The notes beneath the pieces were generated by a model. It was not told the origin of the DNA. It made no database searches and saw only the letters and a program-made list of their open reading frames with translations. A DNA stretch of 64,000 nt from Synergistaceae bacterium (lineage in GTDB: Bacteria; Synergistota; Synergistia; Synergistales; Aminobacteriaceae). Location of the stretch: positions 1 to 64,000 of the forward strand of contig JAHDKT010000026.1 of NCBI GenBank assembly GCA_018436725.1, given 5' to 3'. The position numbers were made by a program, and so were the translations under genes. Positions 9,277-19,141 of this stretch are shown here, piece after piece (position 1 is the stretch's first letter; every line of letters starts with the position of its first letter).

Positions 9277-9700
9277 GTGGAAAATATCCCACGAGCCGAG
9301 TCGAATGCCGGAGGCGAGGTCTTGGAGATTATTTTGCTCATCGACGCCATACGCAGAAGCCTGTCCGCTTCCGTTGGTTGGACTCGTTTCGTCGTCGACG
9401 CACAAGACGAAAACACCCCCGACGCCCCACGATACCGAGCCCACCACAAAGAGCAGAGAAAGCGAGATGCGGATGAACACACGCAATACCATTTACTACG
9501 CGATACACCTCCCTTTTCGTCCGGAGCACCCGATGCGCATTACCATACATTGCTCCCAAGCGCGTCTTTTCAGACCTGCAATCGAAACTTTTTCACTCCT
9601 GCCGGGGTCAACAACACTTCGAAACTCCTTCTTGCGACACTTAGCAGACGGTTGAAAATATGATTTTTGACGAAAAATCAATCCTTCTTCCTTCGAGTAT
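9277..9700. repeat. diverged partial duplicate of upstream DNA (about 4180-4296 joined directly to about 5446-5720)
   Basis: Nucleotide and peptide-level similarity. LLIDAIRRSLSASVGWTRFVVDAQDE here versus LLIDAIRRSLSAAVGWTLFVVDAKDE in the toxin gene. PDAPRYRAHHKEQRKRDADEHTQY here versus PDAPRYRNRHEEQRERDADEHTQY at 5446-5530. The atgatttttgacgaaaaatcaa motif recurs at 9660 and 5683. Confidence 0.7.
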
Positions 9701-9775
9701 TATCGCCCCGATACATACACTTGCCGACATTAGTACGACTTCAGAGCGAAACTCTCGCCAAGCTTCTTCCGAAAA

Positions 9776-9818
9776 CAAAGAAGCGCCGGATCTCGGGCGA
9801 GATCTCCGGCGCTTCTTT
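9776..9818 (-). terminator. hairpin terminator downstream of ahpC
   Basis: aagaagcgccggatctc-gggc-gagatctccggcgcttctt perfect stem followed by a T-rich tract on the minus strand. Confidence 0.5.
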
Positions 9819-9837
9819 TCTCTGTGTTTTTCCAGAT

Positions 9838-10404
9838 TTACAGCTTGCCTACCAGATCGATCCCCGGAGTCAGGGTGTCCGCCCCGGGCTTCCACTTGGC
9901 GGGGCAGACCTTGTCGCCGTACTTGGCGACGAACTGGGCGGCCTGCACCTTGCGGAGCAGCTCCTCGGCATTGCGGCCTATACCCATGTCGTGGATCTCG
10001 TACGCCTTGATCACCCCTTCGGGATCGACGATGAAGGTGCCGCGAAGCGCCTGTCCGTCGCTCTCGACCATCACGCCGAAGAAACGGGAAAGAACGCATG
10101 CGGGGTCGGCGAGCATGGGGTACTGTATTCTCTTGATGGTCTCCGACGCGTCGGCCCACGCCTTATGCACGAAGTGCGTATCGGTGGAGACGGAGTAGAT
10201 TTCGCAGCCGATCTCCTTGAACTGCTCGTAAAAATCGGAGAGATCGTCGAGTTCCGTGGGGCAGACGAAGGTAAAGTCCGCGGGGTAGAAGAAGAAGACT
10301 CCCCATTTACCAAGAACGGAATCCCGTGTAACTTCAGTGAACTTCCCGTTGCGATACGCCTGAACTTTGAATTCCTCCAAACGACGTCCGATCAAATTTT
10401 CCAT
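9838..10404 (-). CDS. ahpC: peroxiredoxin (alkyl hydroperoxide reductase subunit C)
   Basis: 188 aa. Peroxidatic Cys motif FTFVCPTE and resolving Cys in the C-terminal VCPAKW, both typical 2-Cys AhpC features. Confidence 0.9.
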   Translation of the reverse strand: MENLIGRRLEEFKVQAYRNGKFTEVTRDSVLGKWGVFFFYPADFTFVCPTELDDLSDFYEQFKEIGCEIYSVSTDTHFVHKAWADASETIKRIQYPMLADPACVLSRFFGVMVESDGQALRGTFIVDPEGVIKAYEIHDMGIGRNAEELLRKVQAAQFVAKYGDKVCPAKWKPGADTLTPGIDLVGKL

Positions 10405-10605
10405 AATGCACCCTCCTCGAAAAGTATGTATTTCTTATGAACCGCGGATGTGGCCGCAAGCCGCGTCCGCGGAGAGAATCCAATTAAAAGCAAGTCGATT
10501 TAAAACAACAGTTAAATGATAGTCCATGTTGTTAGGTTTGTCTACCTCAAAAAGAAGAAAAACATAAAAATGCCGGAGAAAAATTTTTCACTCTTTTCTC
10601 GATGC

Positions 10606-10662
10606 AACACGATGCGACAGAGCGCCCTCCGGTTGTCGGACCGAAGGGCGCTCTGTCGCATC
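10606..10662 (-). terminator. hairpin downstream of the flotillin gene
   Basis: cgatgcgacagagcgccct...agggcgctctgtcgcatcg, a long inverted repeat just past the stop at 10675. Confidence 0.4.
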
Positions 10663-10674
10663 GATATGTTTTCG

Positions 10675-12153
10675 CTACGCGTTCCCCGTCTCTTCTTCCG
10701 GGGGCTTCTCCCTGTGCGGGTCGGTCTCGACGGGTTCGCCCGCGTCGGCCATCCAGCGTTCCGGCCCGGCCTCGCGGGGAACGGGCCAAGGCGCTTCGTT
10801 CTTCTGTCCGCCCTTCATGTAGGCGGGCAGCTCCATTCCCGCCATCTTGAACATGTCCTGCAGCGGCGGGATGGATTTCATCAGGCCGGAGAGGAAGTTC
10901 GCGGTGGAGGTCTTGTCGCTCGTTCCTCCGGCGCTGTCCCAGACCGTGACCTTGTCGATCTTGATCCCCTTGACGGCCTCGACCTGCGTCTTCACCAGTT
11001 CGGGGAGCTTGTCGGCGATCATCATCATGATGGCCTTGTCGGTATCGCCGCCCGCTGCCTTGACCAGGCGCTCGAAGCCCTCCGCCTGTTTGACCAGAAT
11101 CTCGCGGAGTCCTTTGGCCTCGGCGTTCATCTTCGCGAAGATGGCGTCGGCCTCGCCCGCGGCCTTTCGGCGCATCTCCTCCGCGTCGGCGTCGGCGCGG
11201 ATCTGGATCTTTTCCTTCTCGATTCCGGCATACACAAGCACGTCGGCCTCCTGGGTGGCCTTCTCGCGCTTGGCGCGCGCAAGCTCGGCTTCCTCCTCCG
11301 CCTTGTACGACTCCTCCAGCGCCTTGGCCGCCTGCACCTTCTCCGCGGCTTCGGCGAGCCTGTTGGACTCCGCCTGCTTTTCGCGGCGCTCCGCCTCCGA
11401 CTGCGCGATGGTGATCTTCGACCGGTTCTCTCCCTCGACTGCGGCGGCGTTCGCCTGAGCAACCTGAATCCGCTGGTCTCTCTGCGCGTTGGCCTCGCCG
11501 ATGGCCCCGTCGCGGTCCTGCTCGGCGACGCTCTTCTTCGCGTCGTTGACGGCCTTGGCCGCCGCTTCCTTGCCGAGCGCCTGGATGTAGCCGGACTCGT
11601 CGTTGATGTCGGTGACGTTGACGTTGATCAGGCGCAGGCCGATCTTCTTCAGCTCGGCCTCCACGTTGGCGGTGACGTTGGCGAGGAACTTGTCGCGGTC
11701 GGTGTTGATCTCCTCGATATCCATGGTGGCGATGACGAGGCGGAGCTGGCCGAAGATGATGTCTTTGGACAGCTCCTGTATCTCCGCGAGCTGGAGCCCC
11801 AGAAGTCGCTCGGCGGCGTTCTGCATGATGCCCGGCTCGGTGGAGATGCCGACCGTGAAGCGCGAGGGGACGTCGACGCGGATGTTCTGCTTGCTGAGCG
11901 CGTTTCTGAGGTTGACTTCGATGGAGAGCGGCGTCAGGTCGAGGAACTGGTAGGCCTGAATGACGGGCCAGATGAACGCGGCGCCTCCGTGGATGCACTT
12001 GGAGGACTGGTGCTGTCCGTCGATCGTCCCCACCTTTCCGTAGACCACGAGGATCTTGTCGGAGGGGCACTTCTTGTAACGAGCGAAGAGCGCGGCTACG
12101 GTGGTGAAGATGATGACGACTATCAGGGTGATCAGAATCAGACCGAATGTCAT
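10675..12153 (-). CDS. flotillin-family SPFH/band-7 protein
   Basis: 492 aa. N-terminal TM helix, SPFH domain, long Ala/Glu-rich coiled-coil (EA repeats) and flotillin C-terminal region. RBS AAGGAGAGG. Confidence 0.85.
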   Translation of the reverse strand: MTFGLILITLIVVIIFTTVAALFARYKKCPSDKILVVYGKVGTIDGQHQSSKCIHGGAAFIWPVIQAYQFLDLTPLSIEVNLRNALSKQNIRVDVPSRFTVGISTEPGIMQNAAERLLGLQLAEIQELSKDIIFGQLRLVIATMDIEEINTDRDKFLANVTANVEAELKKIGLRLINVNVTDINDESGYIQALGKEAAAKAVNDAKKSVAEQDRDGAIGEANAQRDQRIQVAQANAAAVEGENRSKITIAQSEAERREKQAESNRLAEAAEKVQAAKALEESYKAEEEAELARAKREKATQEADVLVYAGIEKEKIQIRADADAEEMRRKAAGEADAIFAKMNAEAKGLREILVKQAEGFERLVKAAGGDTDKAIMMMIADKLPELVKTQVEAVKGIKIDKVTVWDSAGGTSDKTSTANFLSGLMKSIPPLQDMFKMAGMELPAYMKGGQKNEAPWPVPREAGPERWMADAGEPVETDPHREKPPEEETGNA

Positions 12154-12184
12154 AGGTATCCTCTCCTTTCAGATGTCGGACGTG

Positions 12185-12790
12185 TTACGCCTTCTCGACC
12201 AGCAGCACGCCGTTGCCGGCGACCTCCGCAACCCGCACTGCGGTCCCTCTTGGAAGCGCCTCCCCCGCCGTCACGGCGTCGATCTCGCGAAGCGAGCCCT
12301 GCAGCGTGATGGAGATCTTCCCCCGTCCCGAGCGGCCTCCGGGGATGGGGATGTAGACCTCCCCCGTTCCGCCGATCGCGTTGTTGACGTCCATCGTGCC
12401 GCTCTGCGCCAGCCGCGTGATGGAGACGAAGAGCAGCGCGACGAGCAGCATGACCCCGCCCGCGATGAGCAGAGAGCCGAAGAGGACGAGGTATTCGCCC
12501 GCCCCGGCGTTGTGGAGCGTGATGCCGCTCCAGCCGAAGACCGTGAAGAAGGTGATGAAGTTCTTCACGGTGAAGATGCGGAAACCGCTCGCCTCGCCCG
12601 CCTCTCCGTCTCCGTCCGAGTCGAGGCCCTCTCCTCCGTCGCCTTCCACGCCGCCGTCCGCGTCCTCCCCGCCCATGCCCGTGAAGGTAAGCACGAGCTG
12701 AATAAAGAAGAGCACGGTAAAGGGAATCGCGATATACCAGAAGATTTTTTCAAACATGATCATGCCGCTCCACCACTCGCCCAATCGCAC
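12185..12790 (-). CDS. NfeD-like membrane protein (flotillin-associated, OB-fold C-terminus)
   Basis: TM helices, then an acidic Gly/Asp-rich linker, then a C-terminal beta-rich OB-like domain (GEVYIPIPGGRSGRGKISITLQGS...GTAVRVAEV). Exact start uncertain (GTG, TTG and ATG candidates between 12757 and 12790). Immediately upstream of the flotillin gene. Confidence 0.65.
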   Translation of the reverse strand: MRLGEWWSGMIMFEKIFWYIAIPFTVLFFIQLVLTFTGMGGEDADGGVEGDGGEGLDSDGDGEAGEASGFRIFTVKNFITFFTVFGWSGITLHNAGAGEYLVLFGSLLIAGGVMLLVALLFVSITRLAQSGTMDVNNAIGGTGEVYIPIPGGRSGRGKISITLQGSLREIDAVTAGEALPRGTAVRVAEVAGNGVLLVEKA

Positions 12791-12821
12791 CGCCTCCTTT
12801 GCGCTGCCTGAATGTATGTCG

Positions 12822-14252
12822 TTAACTGCGGATTCGCAGGCTGAACTTGACGACGACCTCTTCGTCGGGTTTTGCGGGAACGTCGAAGCGGAGCGTGAAG
12901 GCGTCGGCCTGTTCGTACGGATGGGTCGATGCGATCACTTCCCAGTCCCCCCAGACGGGTTCCAAGAAGGAGACGACGACGGACTCCTCCTTCTTGCGGT
13001 TTCTGACGACCAGCTCCCACGACGTCTCGTAGAGGTTGTCGGCCAGCTTCCTGTAGCGCGTCTGCCGGCGTTCGGCGACCACGTCGAACGCCTCGCCCAC
13101 CCTCAGGCGGACCTCCTCGTTGCGCGGCGTGTGCTCGATGCGGTCCTCGCCGATGAACTGGAGGCTGCCTTGGGAGTCTTTCTTGTACAGCCTGATGATC
13201 CCCTTGGGAAGCGGCATGCCGAGGTTGTTCTCCTCGGAATTTTTAAAGGAGATGACGACGTCCACCTTCTGTTTCAGCAGCCCCCGCTGGAGCGACGAGG
13301 TGAAGTAGTGCCGTTCGCCGCGGGTGATGTACTCCTTGCCGATCTTCGTCCCGAACGCTTCGAGCAGGCTGATCTGCTTGGTCTGGTTGTTCCCTATCGT
13401 CGTCTTCCGCGACAGGTTGTAGATGTGGTATTCGAAAAATGATTCTTCCACGAAGGAGGGCGCAGCCTCCGGAACCGGCATTCCCATCCCCCGGTACATG
13501 GGGGGAGGAACGACGTCGGCGATCGTCTGCACTTCTCCCGCGATCAGTTTGAGCGTCGCGTCCCGGTACGCCGCGCCGCTCCTGTTGTTCAGGGTGACCC
13601 ACCCGGTGAGGTCGGCGGCGGTGTCGGCGTCGTCGAGGACGAAGATGTAGTCCGCCTTCCACGTCATCCCCTTCGTCAGGTAGGAGACCTCGACGTCGTG
13701 CTTCTCCTTCGCGGAGTTGGCATAGAGCCACGCCAAGGTGGGGCGCGCATAGAGGTTGTCCGGTATGGAGGGGACGATCTTCAGCCCGGGGTAGTTCAGG
13801 TAGATCTGGCCGCCGATGTCGAAGACGAGCCCGTTGTTCGTGCTCAGCAGCGTGCCCTCGACGATCTCCTTCTTCCCCTGGTAGTCGTTCCATACCTCGA
13901 TCTTCACCGTGCGCCCGACGAACTTCTCCAGCAGCTTCTCCGGGCTGATGAGGTCGTACTCGTAGTTCTGCTCGAGAATCGCCAGCGAGCGGGGATCGTT
14001 GAGCGACTTCACATGCACCGTTTCCGGCCTGATGGCGGAAGCCACGTCCATGAAACGCAGCTCACCCTGTCCCTCTTTAAGCAGGATGCTCCTGACGTCC
14101 TTCACAAGGGCGAGATCCGTGTTGTACACCGTGACCTCTACCCCCGTCCGATCGGCTTCCGAGCTCGAAACCACCTCCGCCCCGAGTGCAGGCAGGGCGG
14201 AAAAGAAGACGAGCAGGAAGAAACACAGGAACAGGATGTGTACGCTTTTCAT
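12822..14252 (-). CDS. secreted DUF4139-family protein
   Basis: 476 aa with signal peptide. N-terminal and C-terminal conserved blocks resemble the DUF4140/DUF4139 (mucoidy-inhibitor-like) family. Same operon as nfeD and flotillin. Confidence 0.5.
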   Translation of the reverse strand: MKSVHILFLCFFLLVFFSALPALGAEVVSSSEADRTGVEVTVYNTDLALVKDVRSILLKEGQGELRFMDVASAIRPETVHVKSLNDPRSLAILEQNYEYDLISPEKLLEKFVGRTVKIEVWNDYQGKKEIVEGTLLSTNNGLVFDIGGQIYLNYPGLKIVPSIPDNLYARPTLAWLYANSAKEKHDVEVSYLTKGMTWKADYIFVLDDADTAADLTGWVTLNNRSGAAYRDATLKLIAGEVQTIADVVPPPMYRGMGMPVPEAAPSFVEESFFEYHIYNLSRKTTIGNNQTKQISLLEAFGTKIGKEYITRGERHYFTSSLQRGLLKQKVDVVISFKNSEENNLGMPLPKGIIRLYKKDSQGSLQFIGEDRIEHTPRNEEVRLRVGEAFDVVAERRQTRYRKLADNLYETSWELVVRNRKKEESVVVSFLEPVWGDWEVIASTHPYEQADAFTLRFDVPAKPDEEVVVKFSLRIRS

Positions 14253-14313
14253 TTGTCAAACCTCCCCTTTTTCCACAATGCTAGGAACACACGTTTTGTT
14301 CACCGCTCTCCGA

Positions 14314-15513
14314 CTACGTCGCACCCGCGGATTCCGCGAGAGCGTCGAGCAGGAAGAGCACACGCATTAAATAGAGCAGCACGCCGCCGTTCGCGGCGAG
14401 GATGACGCCGATGAGCAGTCCGGGGATGATCCCGGGCGCGAGCATCGACGAGCCGAACATCGCCGAGAGTCCCCCCAGGGCGATCTGCGTGGAGTACAGT
14501 TTGACGAGGAGCGACGGAACCGGTGTGGAGGGCAGCATCTTCCGCGTCTTCACCAGCGAGGGGAGCGCCTTCGCCAGCGTGAGGCCTCCGTTCAGGATGT
14601 TGAGCACGCCGACGAGGAGCGTCAGCGGGGCGACCAGGATGTCCGGCACGATGCAGGAGACGATGCCGAGTCCGGCGAACAACACGCCGAGGTACACGAC
14701 GAGCCAAGAACGAGGGAATGCGCCGATGGGGGTATTCCCCGCCGCAAGCATCTGCACCGAGAAGACGACCATCAGCAGGCCGAGCTGCGCGCTTCCCGAG
14801 AAGGGGAGCAGGCCGAGGTTCACGGGCAGGAGCAGGGCTCCGAGGAGCATCATGAAGACGCCGGTGAGCATGAGCATCGCCTTGTCGAAGGGGAGCCCGC
14901 CCTTCTCTCCCGCATCCGCGGAAGCCTCTGGGTACTCCGTGTACACGGCGGCGAGGACGCGCGAGAGATTCAGTATCGCCGCGCCGTAGAGGAGAACCGC
15001 CGTCGCAGTGCCGTACCCGGACAGAAAGTCCGGCCTGTGCACGAGCAGTCCGGAGAGCATGGACAGCGCATAGACCGCGCCGCACGCGAAGGGCAGGGGC
15101 CGGAGCACGCCCCCGACGCGCAACCACAAGCGGAGTTTTTCCTTGGAGAAGAGCATCTGAAGCAACAGGAGCGCCCCTCCGGGTCCGAGGCAGACGACCA
15201 GCATCCACCGAGCGAGCATGTTCGGTATTCCGGGGATGAAGCAGGTCACGATCCCGATAGAGGCGACCGAAACGCCGACGCCGAGCAGCGCGTTCGACAC
15301 GGGAAGCTCGCCGAAAGGCGTCTTCCCGAGCATGACGGTCTGCAGGGCGAAGAAGAAGAGCAGAAGACCGTACAGGCCGTTCTCATAGTACGGCAGCAGG
15401 CCCGCGTACACCGGGAAGAGCAGGATTCCGGCGATGAACACCGTCATTCCGGCGATGAACAGCAAGACGGTTTCCAGCGGCAGGCACACGATATCGAAGA
15501 GTCCGCGACGCAT
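14314..15513 (-). CDS. polytopic integral membrane protein (unknown function)
   Basis: 399 aa, about 10-12 hydrophobic helices, no recognisable catalytic motif. First gene of the flotillin operon. Confidence 0.5.
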   Translation of the reverse strand: MRRGLFDIVCLPLETVLLFIAGMTVFIAGILLFPVYAGLLPYYENGLYGLLLFFFALQTVMLGKTPFGELPVSNALLGVGVSVASIGIVTCFIPGIPNMLARWMLVVCLGPGGALLLLQMLFSKEKLRLWLRVGGVLRPLPFACGAVYALSMLSGLLVHRPDFLSGYGTATAVLLYGAAILNLSRVLAAVYTEYPEASADAGEKGGLPFDKAMLMLTGVFMMLLGALLLPVNLGLLPFSGSAQLGLLMVVFSVQMLAAGNTPIGAFPRSWLVVYLGVLFAGLGIVSCIVPDILVAPLTLLVGVLNILNGGLTLAKALPSLVKTRKMLPSTPVPSLLVKLYSTQIALGGLSAMFGSSMLAPGIIPGLLIGVILAANGGVLLYLMRVLFLLDALAESAGAT

Positions 15514-15551
15514 CGGATCAAGCCTCCTTTCTTCAGAGAAGGGGACGCGCC

Positions 15552-16358
15552 CTAATAGTACGTCCCCTTCGTCCTGTAGTTCTCCCGGCGCTCGGCGGCC
15601 AACTTCCGTGCGAAGACGTCGTACTCATCCCTGCGCTCCCTGTAGGTCGCGTCGAAATCGCGCATCGTCTGCGGGAAGATGATCAGGAGGGATTTCTTCT
15701 CCACCTCCGTCAGAATGTACTCGACCGCGTCGTCCACGCGGACGGCGTCCGGAGGCGGCGGAACGTCCCCGAAGATCGCGGTGGCCACGTTGCCGGGGCA
15801 GAAGACGCTGAAGTTCAGCCCCTCCGTCTCCAGCTCGTACTGCAGGCTCTCCGTCATGGAGATCACGGCGGCTTTCGTGGCGGCGTAGACCGCCTGGTAC
15901 GGAATGGGCACCCGCCCCGTGATGGAGCCGGTATTCACGATATGCCCGAAGCCCTGCTCGCGCATGAGGGGAATCGCGCCGTACGTGCCGTAGACGACGC
16001 CCATCAGGTTGAGATCCACGACGAACTTCCATATCTCGAAGGTGATCTTCTCGGTGGGAAGCGTCATGCCTATCCCCGCGTTGTTGAAGACGAAATCGAG
16101 ATGCCCTTCGAACGCTTTCGCCCTGGAGACGAGTTCGGCGACCTGTTCCTGCTTGGTCACGTCGGCGAGTACGGGGAAGACCTTTCCGGGATACTGTTCG
16201 TTCAGGCGCTTCGACTCCCGCGTGAGGTTCTCCTCCTTGACGTCGCCCATGAAGACGGCGGCGGCGCCCTTCGCCAGCAGATGCTCGACGAGCCCCAGAC
16301 CGATTCCCGAGGCGGCTCCCGTCACCGCGGAGACCTTGTTCTCATAATATCCGGCCAT
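15552..16358 (-). CDS. SDR-family NAD(P)-dependent oxidoreductase
   Basis: Start at MAGYYENK. TGAASGIG Rossmann motif, NNAG, catalytic YxxxK (YAATK), about 268 aa. Confidence 0.85.
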   Translation of the reverse strand: MAGYYENKVSAVTGAASGIGLGLVEHLLAKGAAAVFMGDVKEENLTRESKRLNEQYPGKVFPVLADVTKQEQVAELVSRAKAFEGHLDFVFNNAGIGMTLPTEKITFEIWKFVVDLNLMGVVYGTYGAIPLMREQGFGHIVNTGSITGRVPIPYQAVYAATKAAVISMTESLQYELETEGLNFSVFCPGNVATAIFGDVPPPPDAVRVDDAVEYILTEVEKKSLLIIFPQTMRDFDATYRERRDEYDVFARKLAAERRENYRTKGTYY

Positions 16359-16375
16359 CACATACACTCCCTTCT

Positions 16376-17182
16376 TTACGGCAGCATTTTCGAGTCGCCC
16401 ACGTTGAGCCTGGCGGTTCCCTTCACCATCTTCGCGCCCGTATACTGTACGACCGGCAGTCCGGCCAGCTCTCCGACGATCCTGCACTGGAGCGGATGCT
16501 GCTCGTAGGTGAGCGGCGTCCAGCGGATCGATCCCTCGCCCGTCCACACCCGCCGGACCACCATCTCCTGCGGATAGAGCGTCGCATGGCTCAGCGTCGC
16601 GCCCCCCTTGCCGAGGTTGGGCAGGTATCGCCAACCGAAGAAATTCACCTTCGGATTTTTGTTGACCTCGGCGATCTGCTCTTCGTCGAGTTCTCCCTGT
16701 CGTGTAAGTTCGAGGGAGAGGAACGTGTTGCTCTCGTAGCTCGCGGACGTGAACCAGCGCTCGCCTACGCGGCGTTCCGAGGCGATGTCCGCGAAGATCT
16801 TCGGCATGCCGTCTTCCTCGCGCCCGCCGATGATCGGGCACGCCTTGTTCTCCCAGATGACCAGCACGTACTCGCCGACGAGCCCTTCGGAATTTCCTTC
16901 GTACCGGACCGGAACGCTCGCTTGAATCAAGCGATACTCGCCCCCGGCCATCCAGTCGACATCGCGGCAGTTGGCGTACTGCACGTTCACCATCGGTTCG
17001 AGCATCTCGAAATCCCGGGGGATGAAGCGCAGCAGCGCGTCCGCCTCCGTCCGGAACGAAACGCAGATGCACGTCATGTCGCCGTAGACCGTCCGCACCG
17101 GGTAGAACGGGTCGCCTCCGAAATGCACCGGCATCTTGTAGACGTAGTTTTCGTTGAACCTGAACAGGCCTCGCATTCCCAC
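16376..17182 (-). CDS. acetoacetate decarboxylase-family (ADC-like) protein
   Basis: 268 aa. Size and beta-rich sequence pattern are consistent with the ADC family. Weak assignment made from memory of the family. Confidence 0.4.
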   Translation of the reverse strand: MGMRGLFRFNENYVYKMPVHFGGDPFYPVRTVYGDMTCICVSFRTEADALLRFIPRDFEMLEPMVNVQYANCRDVDWMAGGEYRLIQASVPVRYEGNSEGLVGEYVLVIWENKACPIIGGREEDGMPKIFADIASERRVGERWFTSASYESNTFLSLELTRQGELDEEQIAEVNKNPKVNFFGWRYLPNLGKGGATLSHATLYPQEMVVRRVWTGEGSIRWTPLTYEQHPLQCRIVGELAGLPVVQYTGAKMVKGTARLNVGDSKMLP

Positions 17183-17231
17183 CCCTCCATTCGAAGAATA
17201 TATTCATCTATTATACTCTTTTTGCTACAAC

Positions 17232-17270
17232 AAAAAGAGCGCATCCTAAAAATTCGGACACGCTCTTTTT
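17232..17270 (-). terminator. intrinsic terminator downstream of recQ
   Basis: The agagcg...cgctct stem is flanked by A-run and T-run (aaaaagagcg...cgctcttttt). Confidence 0.5.
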
Positions 17271-17295
17271 CCGACTGCGTCTCGACCGGCGGCAA

Positions 17296-19140
17296 CTACT
17301 TCATCGAAGCGGATGCAGACGCGTGTTCCCGGAGCAGTTCCAGAAAGGCCGCGCCGTACTTCTCCCGCTTGGCGTACCCCACGCCGCTCACCTGGAGCAG
17401 TTCGTCCGGCGTCTGCGGCAGCTTCTCGCACATGTCGCGAAGCGTCGCGTCGGCGAAGACCACGAAGGCGGGGACGCCCTGCGCGCTCGCGATCTCTTTT
17501 CGGAGGGCGCGCAGCTTGTCGAAGAGTTCGAGGTCGCTCGGCTCCATGAGCATGCTCGGTTTCTTCGATTCGGCGACAAGCGGCTTCGGTTCTTCCTTCG
17601 CCACGGGCATCATGAGTTTTTCTCCCCGGAAGAGCACGCCCCTGGCGGCCTGCGTCGTCTTCACCACGGGGAACTCGTCGTCCGTTATCGTGATGTACCC
17701 CCTCGCGAGCAGAAAGTCGATCTTCGCGCGCAGAGAACGCTCGCTCTCGTCCTTCATGATGCCGTAGGTGGAAAGCTCGTCGAGGCCCAGCTTGAGCACG
17801 CGCTCGCTTTTGCTCCCGCGCAGCGTGCCGATGAGCAGCGAGACTCCGTAGCGCTCCTTCATCCTGAGCACGCAGGAGAGAATCTTCTGCGCGGGGATGG
17901 TGATATCCTCCTGCTCGAAGTCGCGGAGGCAGTTGGAGCAGTGGCCGCAGGCCGCGGGGGACTCGTCCCCGAAATAGGTCAGGATGGCGGCCCGGAGACA
18001 GTCCGTCGTGTGGCAGTAGGCGACCATCTTGCGCAGCCTGTTCCGCTCGGATTCGCGCACCTTCTTCAGCGTCTCCTCGTCCAGTTCTTCGTTCTCGCGC
18101 TCCTTTTCGATGAAGAACTGATTCGTGAGCACGTCCTGCCCGCCGTAGAAGAGCACGCACTCCGCGGGGGAGCCGTCCCGTCCGGCGCGCCCCGCCTCCT
18201 GGTAGTAGCTCTCCATGTTCTTCGGCATGTTGTAGTGGAGCACGTACGCGACGTTCGACTTGTCGATCCCCATTCCGAAAGCGTTGGTCGCCACCATGAT
18301 CCGCGCGTCGTCGGCCTGGAAGCGGTCCTGGTTCTCGCGCCGCTCCTCCTGCGTCAGTCCGGCGTGGTAGCGCGTCGCGGAGTACCCCGCGTCGCGGAGC
18401 GTCTCGCAGACCTCGTCGACGGTCTTGCGCGTCAAGCAGTAGACGATGCCGCTCTTCTCGCTGCGGCTGCGCAGAAAGTCCTTCAGCGCCGCCGGTTTGC
18501 TCTTCGGCGACTGTACTTCGAAGTAGAGGTTTTTGCGGTCGAAACCCGTAGTGACGACGTGCGGAGCGCGGAGGTTCAACAACTGGACGATGTCGTCGCG
18601 CACCTGCGGCGTCGCCGTGGCGGTGAAGGCCCCGAGCACGGGGCGGAGCGGGAGCGAGTGAATAAACTCGCCGATCTTCAGGTAGCTCGGGCGGAAGTCC
18701 TGCCCCCACTGCGAGACGCAGTGCGCCTCGTCGACGGCGACGAACGGGATGGAAGCGCCTCGGGCAAACTCCATGAAATCCTCCGTCGCGAGGCGTTCCG
18801 GCGCGACGTAGAGCAGCGTGTACTTCCCCGCGCGGGCGTTGCGGAGGACGGTCTTCATCTGGGGGAACGTGAGCGTGCTGTTGAGAAACGCGGCGGCCAC
18901 ACCCGACTGACGGAGCGCGCTCACCTGGTCCTTCATCAGGGAGATCAGCGGGGAGACGACCAACGAGACACCCTCGAAGAGGAGCGACGGGATCTGGAAG
19001 CAGAGCGACTTTCCCGCCCCCGTCGGCATGATCCCCACCGCGTCGCGCCCGTCGAGCAGCGCGTCGATGACCTCCTCCTGCCCGGAGCGGAAGCCCCCGA
19101 AGCCAAAGTACTCCTTCAGCACGACGTGCTTGTTGCGCAT
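17296..19140 (-). CDS. recQ: ATP-dependent DNA helicase RecQ
   Basis: 614 aa. Walker A GAGKS, DEAH box (VAVDEAHCVSQWGQDFRP), Zn-binding Cys cluster, RQC and HRDC regions. Confidence 0.9.
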   Translation of the reverse strand: MRNKHVVLKEYFGFGGFRSGQEEVIDALLDGRDAVGIMPTGAGKSLCFQIPSLLFEGVSLVVSPLISLMKDQVSALRQSGVAAAFLNSTLTFPQMKTVLRNARAGKYTLLYVAPERLATEDFMEFARGASIPFVAVDEAHCVSQWGQDFRPSYLKIGEFIHSLPLRPVLGAFTATATPQVRDDIVQLLNLRAPHVVTTGFDRKNLYFEVQSPKSKPAALKDFLRSRSEKSGIVYCLTRKTVDEVCETLRDAGYSATRYHAGLTQEERRENQDRFQADDARIMVATNAFGMGIDKSNVAYVLHYNMPKNMESYYQEAGRAGRDGSPAECVLFYGGQDVLTNQFFIEKERENEELDEETLKKVRESERNRLRKMVAYCHTTDCLRAAILTYFGDESPAACGHCSNCLRDFEQEDITIPAQKILSCVLRMKERYGVSLLIGTLRGSKSERVLKLGLDELSTYGIMKDESERSLRAKIDFLLARGYITITDDEFPVVKTTQAARGVLFRGEKLMMPVAKEEPKPLVAESKKPSMLMEPSDLELFDKLRALRKEIASAQGVPAFVVFADATLRDMCEKLPQTPDELLQVSGVGYAKREKYGAAFLELLREHASASASMK

Positions 19141-19141
19141 A

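Noticed and set aside
10547-12070. 507-aa minus-strand ORF (Arg/Gly-rich) and 597-aa plus-strand ORF overlapping the flotillin gene.
   Set aside because: Alternative-frame artefacts of the Ala/Glu-rich coiled-coil coding region. The flotillin frame has clear domain homology and RBS.
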